NCBI GenBank assembly: GCA_965215125.1 | Contig: OZ244052.1 | Location: 1,568,001-1,632,000 of the forward strand | DNA length: 64,000 nucleotides | Source of the DNA: an uncultured candidatus Porisulfidus sp. | GTDB lineage: Bacteria > Pseudomonadota > Gammaproteobacteria > Poriferisulfidales > Oxydemutatoraceae | Direction of reading: 5' to 3' | Shown here: in pieces, positions 9,915 through 20,517 of the stretch | Layout: each line of letters starts with the position of its first letter | How positions within the stretch are numbered: the stretch's first letter is position 1 | Notes under the pieces: generated by a model | The model's database searches: none | What the model saw: only the letters and a program-made list of their open reading frames with translations | Told to the model about the DNA's origin: nothing | Program-made: the position numbers and the translations under genes

Positions 9915-10297
9915 AAGCGTATCTTCTTCCTCTCAACTAATTAGGCAGATTCATCAGGGGCCGCTACCGTCTCCTGATCAGCTAGCTAAATATGAGGAGT
10001 ATATACCCCGGTTCCGCAGAACGCATTATAAAAATGGCTGAAAACGCGCACAACCACGCATACGAAATAGACAAAGAGACCTTAAAAGTTGTTAGTAAAG
10101 AGAGATGTCACGGTCAGTATATGGCATTTTTCATAGGGGTACTCGGTATATTGGTTGCCGGTTATCTCGCATTAGAAGGACACAGCTATTCGAGCATAGG
10201 CATTGGGCTGGCAGGTATTATACTAATTACGACACAAGCCATTATGGATCGGGCTAAAAATACACCACAAGCTATTATGGATCAGGCTAAAAATTAG
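9862..10297 (+). pseudogene. DUF2335-family membrane protein, frameshifted
   Basis: ATG 9862 gives MSSKSKKKKN...HQGPLPSPDQLAKYE; after one extra base near 9997 it continues IYPGSAERIIKMAE...RCHGQ plus two TM helices. GPLP.P..L..YE.I.PG.A.RI..MAE is the DUF2335 signature. Confidence 0.75.
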
Positions 10298-10358
10298 CCA
10301 TTAGCTGTATAATTTATTGTGGTGCGCATGCACACCCTCTCCCATAAAGATTGACACG

Positions 10359-11771
10359 ATGGCAGGAATAACGCTTTACGACAAACTATGGCAGGCCCAC
10401 TTGGTTTTTGAAGATGCCGCCGGCGATGCCTTGATCTATATAGACAGACATCTGGTGCATGAGGTGACATCGCCTCAAGCGTTCGAAGGTTTGGCACTGT
10501 CTAATCGCAATTTATGGCGCAAGGATGCAATCATTGCAGTGCCGGATCATAATGTACCGACCCGCAACCAACACGCCGCAATCGCAGACCCGATTTCTCG
10601 TTTACAGTTGGAGACGCTCGCACAAAATTGCACCAAGCACGGTCTCAAGTATTATCCACTCGGCGATATGCGCCAAGGCATCGTCCATGTAATCGGTCCC
10701 GAGCAGGGTGCCACGCTACCGGGAATGACAGTCGTTTGCGGTGATTCGCATACTTCAACGCACGGGGCTTTTGCGACTTTGGCAATGGGTATAGGTACCT
10801 CCGATGTTGAACATGTATTCGCAACCCAGTGCTTAAAGACTGCTAAGCTGAAGAATATGCGTATCCATATAGAGGGTGCTTTAGCTATAGGCATTAATGC
10901 CAAAGACTTGATATTGGCTATTATCGGTCGCATCGGCACCGCCGGCGGTATTGGTTATGCAATCGAATACAGTGGTGATGTGATTGACAACTTATCGATG
11001 GAAGGTCGTATGACGATTTGTAATATGACGATAGAAGCCGGTGCGCGCGCCGGCTTGATTGCATTCGACGGTTGCACCGAGGCTTATCTCAAAGATCGCC
11101 CGTTTGCACCGCAAGGCGCATTATGGGAACAAGCACTCGATAGCTGGGAAGCACTGCACTCCGACAAAGATGCGATGTTTGATACCGAACACACGATAGA
11201 CGCGAGCACCGTGCCGCCGCAGGTGACTTGGGGAACATCGCCGGAAATGGTGGTCTCGGTCAACGATGAAGTCCCGGATCCGAGTGAGCAAAGTGACCCG
11301 AATAAAGCGAAGAATTGGCAACAAGCATTGGCTTATATGGATCTGCACCCCGGCATGGCGATGCAAGACATCAAGCTGGATAAGATATTTATAGGTTCGT
11401 GTACGAATTCCAGAATTGAGGATTTGCGCATCGCTGCGCAAGTTGTCAACGGTAAGAAACTTGCAAGCAATATCAAACAAGCAATTGTCGTTCCGGGATC
11501 GGGTCTGGTCAAACACCAAGCCGAGGAGGAAGGTCTGGACGCTATTTTCGCACGCGCCGGCTTTGAGTGGCGCGAGCCGGGCTGTTCGATGTGTTTAGGC
11601 ATGAACGACGACCGCCTCGATCGTGGAGAGCGGTGCGCCTCTACTTCCAACCGTAACTTTGAAGGCCGTCAAGGTCAAGGAGGTCGCACCCACTTGGTCA
11701 GCCCGGCGATGGCGGCGGCGGCGGCTATCAAAGGGCATTTTACCGACATACGCGATTGGGATATAGACTAA
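10359..11771 (+). CDS. leuC: 3-isopropylmalate dehydratase large subunit
   Basis: [63 protein letters not shown]. Confidence 0.98.
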   Translation: MAGITLYDKLWQAHLVFEDAAGDALIYIDRHLVHEVTSPQAFEGLALSNRNLWRKDAIIAVPDHNVPTRNQHAAIADPISRLQLETLAQNCTKHGLKYYPLGDMRQGIVHVIGPEQGATLPGMTVVCGDSHTSTHGAFATLAMGIGTSDVEHVFATQCLKTAKLKNMRIHIEGALAIGINAKDLILAIIGRIGTAGGIGYAIEYSGDVIDNLSMEGRMTICNMTIEAGARAGLIAFDGCTEAYLKDRPFAPQGALWEQALDSWEALHSDKDAMFDTEHTIDASTVPPQVTWGTSPEMVVSVNDEVPDPSEQSDPNKAKNWQQALAYMDLHPGMAMQDIKLDKIFIGSCTNSRIEDLRIAAQVVNGKKLASNIKQAIVVPGSGLVKHQAEEEGLDAIFARAGFEWREPGCSMCLGMNDDRLDRGERCASTSNRNFEGRQGQGGRTHLVSPAMAAAAAIKGHFTDIRDWDID

Positions 11772-12409
11772 TGCAGAAATTCGAGCGTATTGAAAGCATC
11801 GTGATACCGCTGGACCGAACCAATGTAGATACCGATGTCATCATTCCCAAACAATACTTAAAATCGGTCAAACGCACCGGTTTGGGTCCCTACCTATTTG
11901 ACGATTGGCGGTACCTAGACCCCGGCGATCTAACACTAGACAATTCAACAAGACGCCTCAACCCCGACTGCATATTCAACGATCCTCACTATAAGCAAGC
12001 TCAAGTCCTATTGACCGGTGCCAACTTCGGTTGTGGTTCCTCACGCGAACACGCAGTTTGGGCAATGATGGACTACGGGCTAAAAGTAGCCGTTGCTCCC
12101 GGTTTCGCCGATATTTTCTATAACAACGCAATCAAAAACGGCTTTCTGCCCGTAGTATTAGATACCGACGCAATCACAACCTTGTTCCAAAATACAACAA
12201 GCGATCCCAATTATCGTCTCACGATAAATCTCTACGACCAAACCGTCAACGACGCACAATCGCAATGGCACTTTGACATTGCCGACTTTGACAAACACTG
12301 CTTGTTGGAAGGATTAGACCAAATAGCTTTAACCTTAAAGCACGCCGACAAAATCCGCACCTTTGAAGCAAAACGCCGGGAAAGCGCACCTTGGTTATTT
12401 CTGAAATGA
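11771..12409 (+). CDS. leuD: 3-isopropylmalate dehydratase small subunit
   Basis: NVDTDVIIPKQYL, NFGCGSSREHAVWA; TAATG overlap with leuC. Confidence 0.98.
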   Translation: MQKFERIESIVIPLDRTNVDTDVIIPKQYLKSVKRTGLGPYLFDDWRYLDPGDLTLDNSTRRLNPDCIFNDPHYKQAQVLLTGANFGCGSSREHAVWAMMDYGLKVAVAPGFADIFYNNAIKNGFLPVVLDTDAITTLFQNTTSDPNYRLTINLYDQTVNDAQSQWHFDIADFDKHCLLEGLDQIALTLKHADKIRTFEAKRRESAPWLFLK

Positions 12410-12427
12410 TAGAACCGCCCGTAGAGA

Positions 12428-12499
12428 GTGGTTAATTCTCCTCCTGTGGAGGGGTGGCAGGCGTAGCCTGACGGAGTGGTTAATTCCCCTCCACAGGAG
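12428..12499. repeat. Repeat family A (CCCCTCC...GGAGGGG palindrome + GGCAGGCGTAGCCTGAC)
   Basis: Near-identical to copies at 35147-35222 and 41728-41760, and inverted at 19405-19460. Confidence 0.85.
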
Positions 12500-12546
12500 T
12501 GTAACATCTTGTATAATGAATAAATTCTGGCTAATATTTATCTAAT

Positions 12547-13812
12547 ATGAGAGAAGCACATCAATTTTTATCCGAGTCGGCGATATTGCTTAGTACTAAT
12601 TTCGGAAGAGAGCGCAAAGATAATCGGCACTTGGAAGAATTTTGTGAGCTTGTTGCCTCTGCCGGAATTCATGCACAGCTCGTATTGAAGGTTCGTCGGC
12701 ATCGTCCGGACTCTAAATATCTAATTGGTTCGGGCAAGGCTTCCGAACTTCGTGAGCAAGCACAAGCACATAATATAAGGTTGACCATAATAGATCGGGA
12801 TTTAAGTCCCGGTCAGATACGTAATCTAGAGCAACATACCTGCACCCGAGTTATTACTTATACGGGGTTGATACTCGATATATTTGCGCAAAGAGCGCAG
12901 TCGTACGAGGGCAAATTGCAGGTTGAGTTGGCACAGTTGGAATACCTTGCTACACATTTGGTGCGTGGTTGGACGCACTTGGAGCGTCAAAAGGGAGGTA
13001 TCGGGTTGCGTGGTCCCGGTGAGAAACAGCTGGAGACCGACCGCCGCTTATTAAGACGGCGCGTTGCAACTATTAAAAAAGAACTCAAAAGTATCAGCCA
13101 TCAACACGAGCAACGCCGCCGCAATCGCCGGAAAAATGCTTTGCCGCTTATAGCCTTAGTCGGTTATACCAATACCGGCAAATCTACTTTGTTCAATGCC
13201 CTGACCTCGGCCGATGTAGACTCCGCCGACATGCTCTTTGCGACCTTAGACCTTGTCACTCGGCGTTTGGAATTGGAGGATTGCACGGTGTTGGTCTCGG
13301 ACACCGTAGGCTTTATACGAAACCTGCCCCATGAATTGATAGACGCATTTAATGCAACTTTGGTTGAAGTTCGCGATGCCGATTTAATTTTATGTGTGGA
13401 AGATGCCTCCGACCCGCAACGGCTGGAGAAACGTCGCTGCGTAGAGCAAGTTCTGGATAAAATCGGAGCGGGCGATATTAAACGCATCAGAATAATGAAC
13501 AAAATAGATCGCTTAAACGACGCAAAGGCGGCGATAGATTTCAACGGGGGTGCCTTTGCTAGGACCGTCTACATCAGCGCGCTAAAAGGTACGGGAATAG
13601 ATCTTTTATGTCATGCGTTGCAATCCGAAATCGCCGCAAAGAAAAGGATATATAGGCTGTGTTTGCCACCCGCTGCCGGTGCCATACGCGCGTCTTTGTA
13701 CGACAATAAAAGGGTGGTTAATGATCGTTATATACCCGGGCAAGGGTGGTTGTTGGAACTGAGTCTAGAGCAAACCGATGTGTGCCGATTACGATCTATG
13801 GAGGCAGAGTAG
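12547..13812 (+). CDS. hflX: Ribosome rescue GTPase HflX
   Basis: LILDIFAQRA, EGKLQVELAQL, GPGEKQLETDRR, GYTNTGKST, DTVGF, NKID. Confidence 0.97.
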   Translation: MREAHQFLSESAILLSTNFGRERKDNRHLEEFCELVASAGIHAQLVLKVRRHRPDSKYLIGSGKASELREQAQAHNIRLTIIDRDLSPGQIRNLEQHTCTRVITYTGLILDIFAQRAQSYEGKLQVELAQLEYLATHLVRGWTHLERQKGGIGLRGPGEKQLETDRRLLRRRVATIKKELKSISHQHEQRRRNRRKNALPLIALVGYTNTGKSTLFNALTSADVDSADMLFATLDLVTRRLELEDCTVLVSDTVGFIRNLPHELIDAFNATLVEVRDADLILCVEDASDPQRLEKRRCVEQVLDKIGAGDIKRIRIMNKIDRLNDAKAAIDFNGGAFARTVYISALKGTGIDLLCHALQSEIAAKKRIYRLCLPPAAGAIRASLYDNKRVVNDRYIPGQGWLLELSLEQTDVCRLRSMEAE

Positions 13813-13836
13813 AACTTCAATGTAACCGACATGCGT

Positions 13837-13879
13837 GGGGCGGACCATTCCCCTCCGAAGGAGGGGAATGGTCCGCCCC
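13837..13879. repeat. Perfect 20-bp hairpin (family A core inside a GGGGCGGAC REP-like stem)
   Basis: GGGGCGGACCATTCCCCTCC-GAA-GGAGGGGAATGGTCCGCCCC. Confidence 0.9.
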
Positions 13880-14045
13880 TATAGTTCGTAGATACTTTTT
13901 CAACAGTCCCACATTACTATTTTGTGCTTACAAGGAAAATATGGGTTCTTTCATTATGATTATAGGGATGATATAATCATCTTTTATTAATTTGACGGCT
14001 TTGCGAAGCAACCCTAAATACACAATTTTAATTTAACCATAAAAC

Positions 14046-15256
14046 ATGCCTTGGAGCGAAGATAAAGACAGGACGAATAGATCCGACAAAAGAAGTGGGT
14101 CGTCGGGAGAACCACCCGACTTAATGGATTTATTGGGTGTTCTATTTGGTTTTAAGAAGAACAAGTCCCAAAGATCCGGTTCGTCGTCGGATGAACCCCC
14201 GCAAAGAAAAAGACCGAGTTTCGGTTCCGGGTTCGGCAAGTCCAACTCGTTTAATTTCTCGTTAATACTAGGTGTAATTGTCACCGTTTGGATACTTTCC
14301 GGTATTTATATCGTTAGCGAAGGTCAGCGAGGCGTTATTCTGCGCTTCGGTGAATATCACGATATGACCTTGCCGGGTCCGCATTGGCATATTCCGTATC
14401 CGATTGAAACGGTTGAGAAGGTGGATGTAGGCAAAGTGCGGTCGGCACAAAATAAGGTTTCCATGCTAACCCAAGACGAAAACATCGTTGAAGTAGAGTT
14501 GGCCGTGCAGTACCGTGTTAAAGATGCTGCCGATTATCTCTTTAATGTACGCTTGCCCGATATAGACAACGACAGAGCGGATCAATCTCGAGGGACACTT
14601 TTTCAGGTAATGGAAAGTGCGTTGCGCGAAGTAATCGGCAAGAACAGTATGGATTTTATTCTCGGTGAAGGACGCGCCGATATCGCCGCCAAGACGAAGG
14701 TTTTGATGCAGTCCATATTGGACGACTATGCCTCGGGTTTAATCGTTCTTAATGTTAATTTACAGCAATCGCAACCGCCCGCTGCGGTGCAAGGTTCTTT
14801 TGCCGATGCGATCAAGGCACGCGAAGACGAGATTCGGTTTATCAACGAGGCGGAGGCGTATTCCAACGGCATAATCCCGCAAGCGCGCGGTGAAGCGGCG
14901 CGCATGATGGCGGAAGCCAATGCCTATAGGGAAAGAGTCGTTGAGAATTCCATCGGTGAAGCCGACCGCTTTAACAAGCTATACGAGGAATATCGTAAGG
15001 CACCCGAAGTGACACGCGAACGTCTTTATCTGCAAGCAATACAGTCGGTGTTATCGAGATCCAATAAAGTCATGATCAATGTTGACGAGGCAACAATGTA
15101 TTTTATTTGCCGTTGGATAGAATGATGCGAGATGTGACAGCGAAGGATTCCGGGGGGCAGGGTTCAACATCCCAGTCTGCCGGTTCAGGCAACGACAACA
15201 TTAGAAATATGAGCGATCGAATTCGCTCGGGTGTGGAACGGATAAGAGGGAGATGA
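14046..15256 (+). CDS. hflK: FtsH modulator HflK, with apparent 1-nt frameshift near 15089
   Basis: MPW..., PPDL, SPFH domain (MLTQDENIV, APEVTRERLY). The conserved tail NNVFYLPLDRMM continues in another frame to TGA 15254-15256, overlapping the hflC ATG. Confidence 0.93.
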
Positions 15257-16110
15257 AGAGATTTTTACCATTCATTATAGTACTCGTGCTGCTTATCGGT
15301 TATACCGCAACTTATGTAGTAGATCAACGCGAGAAAGCCTTGTTATTTAGATTGGGCGAAATCATTAAAGAAGATATTCCACCGGGGTTGCACTTCAAAT
15401 TCCCACTGATCAACAATGCGAGATTTTTTGATGCGCGTATCCTCACGCTCGACGCACAACCCGAGAGTTTTTTGACGGTGGAAAAGAAAAATGTGACCGT
15501 AGATTTCTTCGTGAAGTGGCGCATTTTGAATGTCGGACAGTATTATCGTTCCACGCGAGGCGACGAGCGCAACGCGCTAAGTCGTTTATCGCAAATCATG
15601 AAAGATCAACTGCGCAACGAGTTCGGCAAGCGGACGATACAGGAGGCGGTCTCCGGAGAGCGTAGCCAGATTATGGATATATTAAGGGTCAAATCAAACG
15701 AGACGGCTAAGGAACTTGGTATAGAGATTGTCGATGTGCGTATCAGCCGTATAGATTTACCCGACGATGTTAGCAATGCCGTTTATGAAAGAATGCGTGC
15801 CGAGCGTAGTCGTGTTGCAAGAGACTTCAGGGCTCGAGGCATGGAACAGGCAGAGCGCATCCGAGCCGAAGCCGATCGCGAGCGTATTGCGATCCTTGCC
15901 GAAGCGTATCGCGAATCGGAAAAAATTCGTGGTGAAGGGGATGCAGAGTCGGCTAGGATATATGCCGATGCCTACAATAAGGATCCCGAGTTTTACTCGT
16001 TTACGCGCAGTATAAGAGCATACGAAGATGCATTCGGAGGATCCGACACTCTAATCTTGGAACCGGAATCCGATTTCTTCCATTACTTTAATCAAAAAAG
16101 TAGAGAATAG
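15253..16110 (+). CDS. hflC: FtsH modulator HflC
   Basis: PGLHFKFP, LRNEFGKRT, VYERMRAER, DPEFYSFTRS. Confidence 0.97.
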   Translation: MKRFLPFIIVLVLLIGYTATYVVDQREKALLFRLGEIIKEDIPPGLHFKFPLINNARFFDARILTLDAQPESFLTVEKKNVTVDFFVKWRILNVGQYYRSTRGDERNALSRLSQIMKDQLRNEFGKRTIQEAVSGERSQIMDILRVKSNETAKELGIEIVDVRISRIDLPDDVSNAVYERMRAERSRVARDFRARGMEQAERIRAEADRERIAILAEAYRESEKIRGEGDAESARIYADAYNKDPEFYSFTRSIRAYEDAFGGSDTLILEPESDFFHYFNQKSRE

Positions 16111-16194
16111 GAAAGCGATGCACGGTGATGCATGATGTATATTCCTGTACAAGGATATACATTTGTATGAATACGGCATGTATAAAAATTTAAG

Positions 16195-16392
16195 ATGGAT
16201 TGGACCGATTTTGTTACCGCACTCGGACTGATGCTTGTCTTTGAAGGCATCGTCCCGTTTCTCAAACCTGCAAAATGGAAGCAAGTACTTATTGGAATAA
16301 GCGAATTTAGCGATTATCGTCTTAGGATGGGGAGCCTGATCCTTATGATAATCGGGTTGCTAATCGTATATGTCGCTAGAAGTTGGGCATAG
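16195..16392 (+). CDS. DUF2065 (YjeT-like) membrane protein
   Basis: ALGLMLVFEGIVPFL.P..W...LR..; conserved position after hflC. Confidence 0.9.
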   Translation: MDWTDFVTALGLMLVFEGIVPFLKPAKWKQVLIGISEFSDYRLRMGSLILMIIGLLIVYVARSWA

Positions 16393-16394
16393 CC

Positions 16395-17573
16395 GTGAAC
16401 CAAAAGTGGATTTTGCCCGAGAATATAGACGACATATTGCCTGCCGAGGCGAGACGACTGGAGGCGATGCGTCGGCGGATCATAGACCTATTCGACGGTT
16501 GGGGTTATGAATTAGTCAATCCTCCGCTCGTTGAGTTTTTAGAATCTTTGGTTGCACCCGAGGAAGACGAGCTTTTATTGCAGACTTTTAAGTTGACCGA
16601 TCAGTTGAGCGGTAAAACCTTAGGTGTGCGTGCCGATATGACCCCCCAAATCGCTCGCATAGATGTACATGCTTTGAGTGGTAATAAAATCAACCGTCTA
16701 TGTTATTGCGACACGGTACTAAAAACTAAACCTGAAAGCGTCGGGGCTTCGCGATCTCCGATACAGTTTGGTGCCGAGGTCTACGGACACGACGGCATTG
16801 AAAGTACGCTTGAGATCATACGGCTCATGTTGGGGACACTGAAGTTGGCAGGTGCAACACAGAATCTCCTGTCTTTAGGGCATGTAGGTATTTATTTGGA
16901 ACTAGTCAAAGCGGCAAAATTAAAGCCGGCACAAAATGCCGACTTGATCCCTCTGTTACACTCCAAGGCCAAGCACGAAATTTACACCTATCTAAAGGCA
17001 ACCGGAATTCCTAAGCAACAGATAATGTGGTTCACCGATCTTAGTGATTTTCATGGCGACACAAGCGTGCTAAAAGACGCGCGTCGTTGTTATAGTGCTA
17101 TATCGGATAACATGACGGCACTGCTCGATGAACTGCAAGTCGTTGCCGACAGGTCGTCGGAGTACGCCGACAAAATATTGTTTGATCTATCCGAACTACC
17201 CTCGTATCACTATGAGGCAGGCATTGTTTTCTCGGCTTTTGTTCTGGATATTAGGCAGGAAGTTGCAAGAGGAGGTTGCTATGACGGTGTAGGCGAACCT
17301 TTCGGGCACGCACGCCCCGCCGTCGGTTTTAGCGGCGATATGAAATTGTTTTTGGATATCAATCAGGATCGTGCGTCGGGCACATTGCGGGATAAAAAAC
17401 TTATATTTGCGCCGCGAGATCAAGATGAGGCATTGCAAGAGATGATAGAGTCTGCACGCGCAGATGGTGATAGAGTCGTCGTCCAACTAGGAGACGAACA
17501 GCCCGAAGACTATGGGTGTGATGCTTGTTTTGTCAAGATAGATAGACAATGGACGATAGAGATTATTAAATGA
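16395..17573 (+). CDS. hisZ: ATP phosphoribosyltransferase regulatory subunit
   Basis: WILPENIDDILP, LGVRADMTPQIARID, ARGGCYD, RPAVGFS; immediately before purA. Confidence 0.93.
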   Translation: MNQKWILPENIDDILPAEARRLEAMRRRIIDLFDGWGYELVNPPLVEFLESLVAPEEDELLLQTFKLTDQLSGKTLGVRADMTPQIARIDVHALSGNKINRLCYCDTVLKTKPESVGASRSPIQFGAEVYGHDGIESTLEIIRLMLGTLKLAGATQNLLSLGHVGIYLELVKAAKLKPAQNADLIPLLHSKAKHEIYTYLKATGIPKQQIMWFTDLSDFHGDTSVLKDARRCYSAISDNMTALLDELQVVADRSSEYADKILFDLSELPSYHYEAGIVFSAFVLDIRQEVARGGCYDGVGEPFGHARPAVGFSGDMKLFLDINQDRASGTLRDKKLIFAPRDQDEALQEMIESARADGDRVVVQLGDEQPEDYGCDACFVKIDRQWTIEIIK

Positions 17574-18826
17574 CTTGTGTCGTAGTCGTCGGCTTGCAAT
17601 GGGGAGATGAGGGCAAAGGTAAAATAGTGGACCACCTCACCGGACATTCCGATGCCGTTGTTCGTTTTCAAGGTGGACATAATGCCGGACATACGATTTA
17701 TGTCGACGGTAAACCACATATACTACATTTGTTACCGTCGGGTGCATTGCACGAAAATATAGAATGTCTTATTTGCAATGGTGTGGTCGTATCTCTACGA
17801 GCCTTGCTCGAGGAGATACGGGAGTTAAGTGCTATCGGTATAGAGGTTGGTTCGCGTCTTCGTGTTTCCGATGCTTGCCCGCTGGTGTTGGAATGTCATC
17901 GTTTACTCGATGCAGCGCGTGAGCGACGACGCGGGAAATCTGCCATAGGCACCACCGCCAAGGGCATAGGTCCGGCTTACGAGGATCGGGCGGCAAGACG
18001 AGCGGTGCGATTGGGAGACCTCCGAGATTGGGACGCTTTTGTGAAGCAAACCGAGGAATTATTCGAATACCACAATTTCGTATTGAAGCACTATTATCAA
18101 TCGCCGACCGCGGATTGTGCAGAGGAACTTGATTTTATACACCAGCACAAGGACAAATTTCTATCGTGGACGGTTTCGATTTCCGATTATCTGCACCGTT
18201 TGATTGGACGAGAAGCGAATGTATTATTTGAGGGTGCACAGGGAACATTGCTTGATATAGATCATGGCACTTATCCCTATGTGACTTCTTCTAATACGAT
18301 TGCCGCCAACGCAAGTTGTAGTGCAGGCATGGCGGCGCAAGACATAGACTATGTATTAGGTATTAGTAAGGCTTATACGACTCGTGTCGGCAACGGCCCC
18401 TTTCCTACCGAATTGGACAACGAGATAGGCGAACATCTATCTACGCACGGTAAAGAAAAAGGAGCGACTACCGGCAGGGATCGGCGTTGTGGATGGCTGG
18501 ATGCCGTCGCCTTAAAACGAGCGATTAAAATAAATGGCGTAAATTATTTATGCTTGACTAAAATAGATGTGCTAACAGGGCTACAAAAGTTGCGGATTTG
18601 TGATAACTATGACCCGATGAGCAACGATTTGTCGAAGTGTAAACCCCATTACATAGAATTGGAAGGTTGGACGGAAACGATACGCGGTATTACTCGTTAT
18701 CGGGATCTCCCCAATCAAGCCCGGCACTATGTAGAATGTATAGAACAGCTGATCGGCATTCCCGTTGATATGGTTTCAACCGGTCCGGGACGGGAAGAGA
18801 ACATCTTGCGCAAAAACATTTTTTAA
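17570..18826 (+). CDS. purA: Adenylosuccinate synthetase
   Basis: QWGDEGKGKIVD, GGHNAGHT, EGAQGTLLDIDHGTYPYVTSS, TTGRDRRCGWLD. Confidence 0.98.
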   Translation: MTCVVVVGLQWGDEGKGKIVDHLTGHSDAVVRFQGGHNAGHTIYVDGKPHILHLLPSGALHENIECLICNGVVVSLRALLEEIRELSAIGIEVGSRLRVSDACPLVLECHRLLDAARERRRGKSAIGTTAKGIGPAYEDRAARRAVRLGDLRDWDAFVKQTEELFEYHNFVLKHYYQSPTADCAEELDFIHQHKDKFLSWTVSISDYLHRLIGREANVLFEGAQGTLLDIDHGTYPYVTSSNTIAANASCSAGMAAQDIDYVLGISKAYTTRVGNGPFPTELDNEIGEHLSTHGKEKGATTGRDRRCGWLDAVALKRAIKINGVNYLCLTKIDVLTGLQKLRICDNYDPMSNDLSKCKPHYIELEGWTETIRGITRYRDLPNQARHYVECIEQLIGIPVDMVSTGPGREENILRKNIF

Positions 18827-18939
18827 CTCATTCCCTTCCCAATTTGTCGTATCTGCACATTACGTTCTCCCTGAATTTAGCACCAATGTTAAAGTTAGTT
18901 TTTCCGATAAACTAGAGAAATTAAAAATATTGCAGGTGG

Positions 18940-19403
18940 CTCTAAAAATGGGGTAACGTCAGTTATATTCTAAACATGCCGTGCGGTCAACGAAGTATTA
19001 CGATATCAAGAAAGCGCATTGTAAGAGTTGTCAATGGCGAGGGAGTTGTTATTTGGGTGGTGGGAATCATATGTATACCGCCCGAAACAAGTATAAAGAG
19101 GCGATTGAGCGAGTGAGATGTCGACAAAGTAGTGAGGTATTTCAGCAACGGATGACGGAGCGAAGTTGGAAGGTAGAGGGATTATTTGGTGAGGCAAAGG
19201 AACAGCATGGATTGAGGCGGGCAAAACTATAGAGGTTTGGAGAAGGTGCAGATACAAGCCTACTTGATTGGGATAGCTCAGAACCTAAAGAGACTAGCGG
19301 TTTCTTTAGATTTTTATTTCCGCTGGATCAGATTTCAGTTTATCCAAAGATTTTTGTTATTACGGTATAGCTTTCAAGGATGAGGCGGCTTTTTCAACAG
19401 CCT
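18940..19403 (+). mobile_element. IS1182-family transposase 3' remnant with right end
   Basis: CKSCQWRGSC...RSWKVEGLFGEAKEQHGLRRAK, then after a frameshift RGLEKVQIQAYLIGIAQNLKRL; ends in TTTTTCAACAGCCT (19390-19403), matching the MITE TIR. Left limit approximate. Confidence 0.8.
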
Positions 19404-19404
19404 T

Positions 19405-19460
19405 ACGACACAACCATCCCGTCGGGCATAGCCTGCCACCCCTCCGAAGGAGGGGAATGG
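19405..19460. repeat. Repeat family A (inverted copy)
   Basis: ACCATCCCGTCGGGCATAGCCTGCCACCCCTCCGAAGGAGGGGAATGG. Confidence 0.85.
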
Positions 19461-19590
19461 GTACCTCTACGGTGTGGGTTTTCGAGTTTGTTATATCAAA
19501 AAAATAATATCGTTTACCAAATGCGATTTGCTATAATATCTCATTTTGAACTAATAGTTTTACAGAACCTATTTAATTATTTCTCAAGCA

Positions 19591-20505
19591 ATGCGTCCTC
19601 AATCGGTCATCATTCCTAAATCTGCCACGCACAGTCTTTTCCTGACATTCACTGTTAAGGATAAAAGCAGAAAGTTTGCGTCAACTATTGTTGATATAGA
19701 TAAATATGTAGCCAAGCTAAAAAAAATTGCCCGAGTGAATAACGCGCTGAGTTTCGGTGAGGCATATTGGAAGGCCATTGCTCCTACGCCTGAAGCAATA
19801 CCCAAAGGAATTCGGACTTTCGGTGCTATAGATGGAGATTATCCCGCCCCGGCAACCGGTGGTGATTTATTTTTGCATTTGAATAGCAGATTTACCGATT
19901 TGAACTACGAAGTAGCGCATAATTGGTTGGAACCTCTTAAAAATGAACTACAAATTATCCACGAGCAAGCATGTACACGCTATTTGGATGAAAGGGACTT
20001 GATCGGTTTCATAGACGGTACCGAAAACCCGGAGGATGCAAAAACACGCCGGGAAGTTGCCCTATTAAGTATTTCCGATAGCAATCGGGTACTAGCTGGA
20101 AGTAGCTTCGTTTTTGTTCAAGGTTACAAGCATAAACTTAATAAATGGAAGACACTGACGGTACTACAGCAAGAATATATAATAGGGCGTACCAAAGAAG
20201 CGAGCTTGGAGCTGAGCGAAGACAGAAAGCCGCGTAGTGCGCATATTAGTCGCGTGGTCATAAAAGAAGATGGCGAGGAACTTGAGATTGTGCGTCATAG
20301 CATGCCGTATTTTAGTGTCAAAGGTGCAAAAGGATTGATATTTATCGCATACACGAAGGATTTAGACATCATAGAAAAAATGTTGGCGCGCATGTACGGC
20401 AAAGCGGATAAGCTACATGACCATCTAATGGATTATACCGCGCCTACGACCGGTGCGATGTTTTTCACACCTTCCAAAGAGTTGCTTGACTCACTTAAAA
20501 TTTGA
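19591..20505 (+). CDS. Dyp-type peroxidase
   Basis: APATGGDLFLH, RDLIGFIDGTENP (GxxDG), IIGRTK, proximal His in SAHISRV, IVRHSMPY. Confidence 0.93.
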   Translation: MRPQSVIIPKSATHSLFLTFTVKDKSRKFASTIVDIDKYVAKLKKIARVNNALSFGEAYWKAIAPTPEAIPKGIRTFGAIDGDYPAPATGGDLFLHLNSRFTDLNYEVAHNWLEPLKNELQIIHEQACTRYLDERDLIGFIDGTENPEDAKTRREVALLSISDSNRVLAGSSFVFVQGYKHKLNKWKTLTVLQQEYIIGRTKEASLELSEDRKPRSAHISRVVIKEDGEELEIVRHSMPYFSVKGAKGLIFIAYTKDLDIIEKMLARMYGKADKLHDHLMDYTAPTTGAMFFTPSKELLDSLKI

Positions 20506-20517
20506 AAAGGATAAACA

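Noticed and set aside
9992-10297. Stand-alone 101-aa gene
   Set aside because: It is the 3' part of the frameshifted DUF2335 gene starting at 9862.
19591-20505. Encapsulin cargo system
   Set aside because: The Dyp peroxidase lacks a C-terminal GSLxIGSL-type targeting tail and is followed by metY, not an encapsulin.
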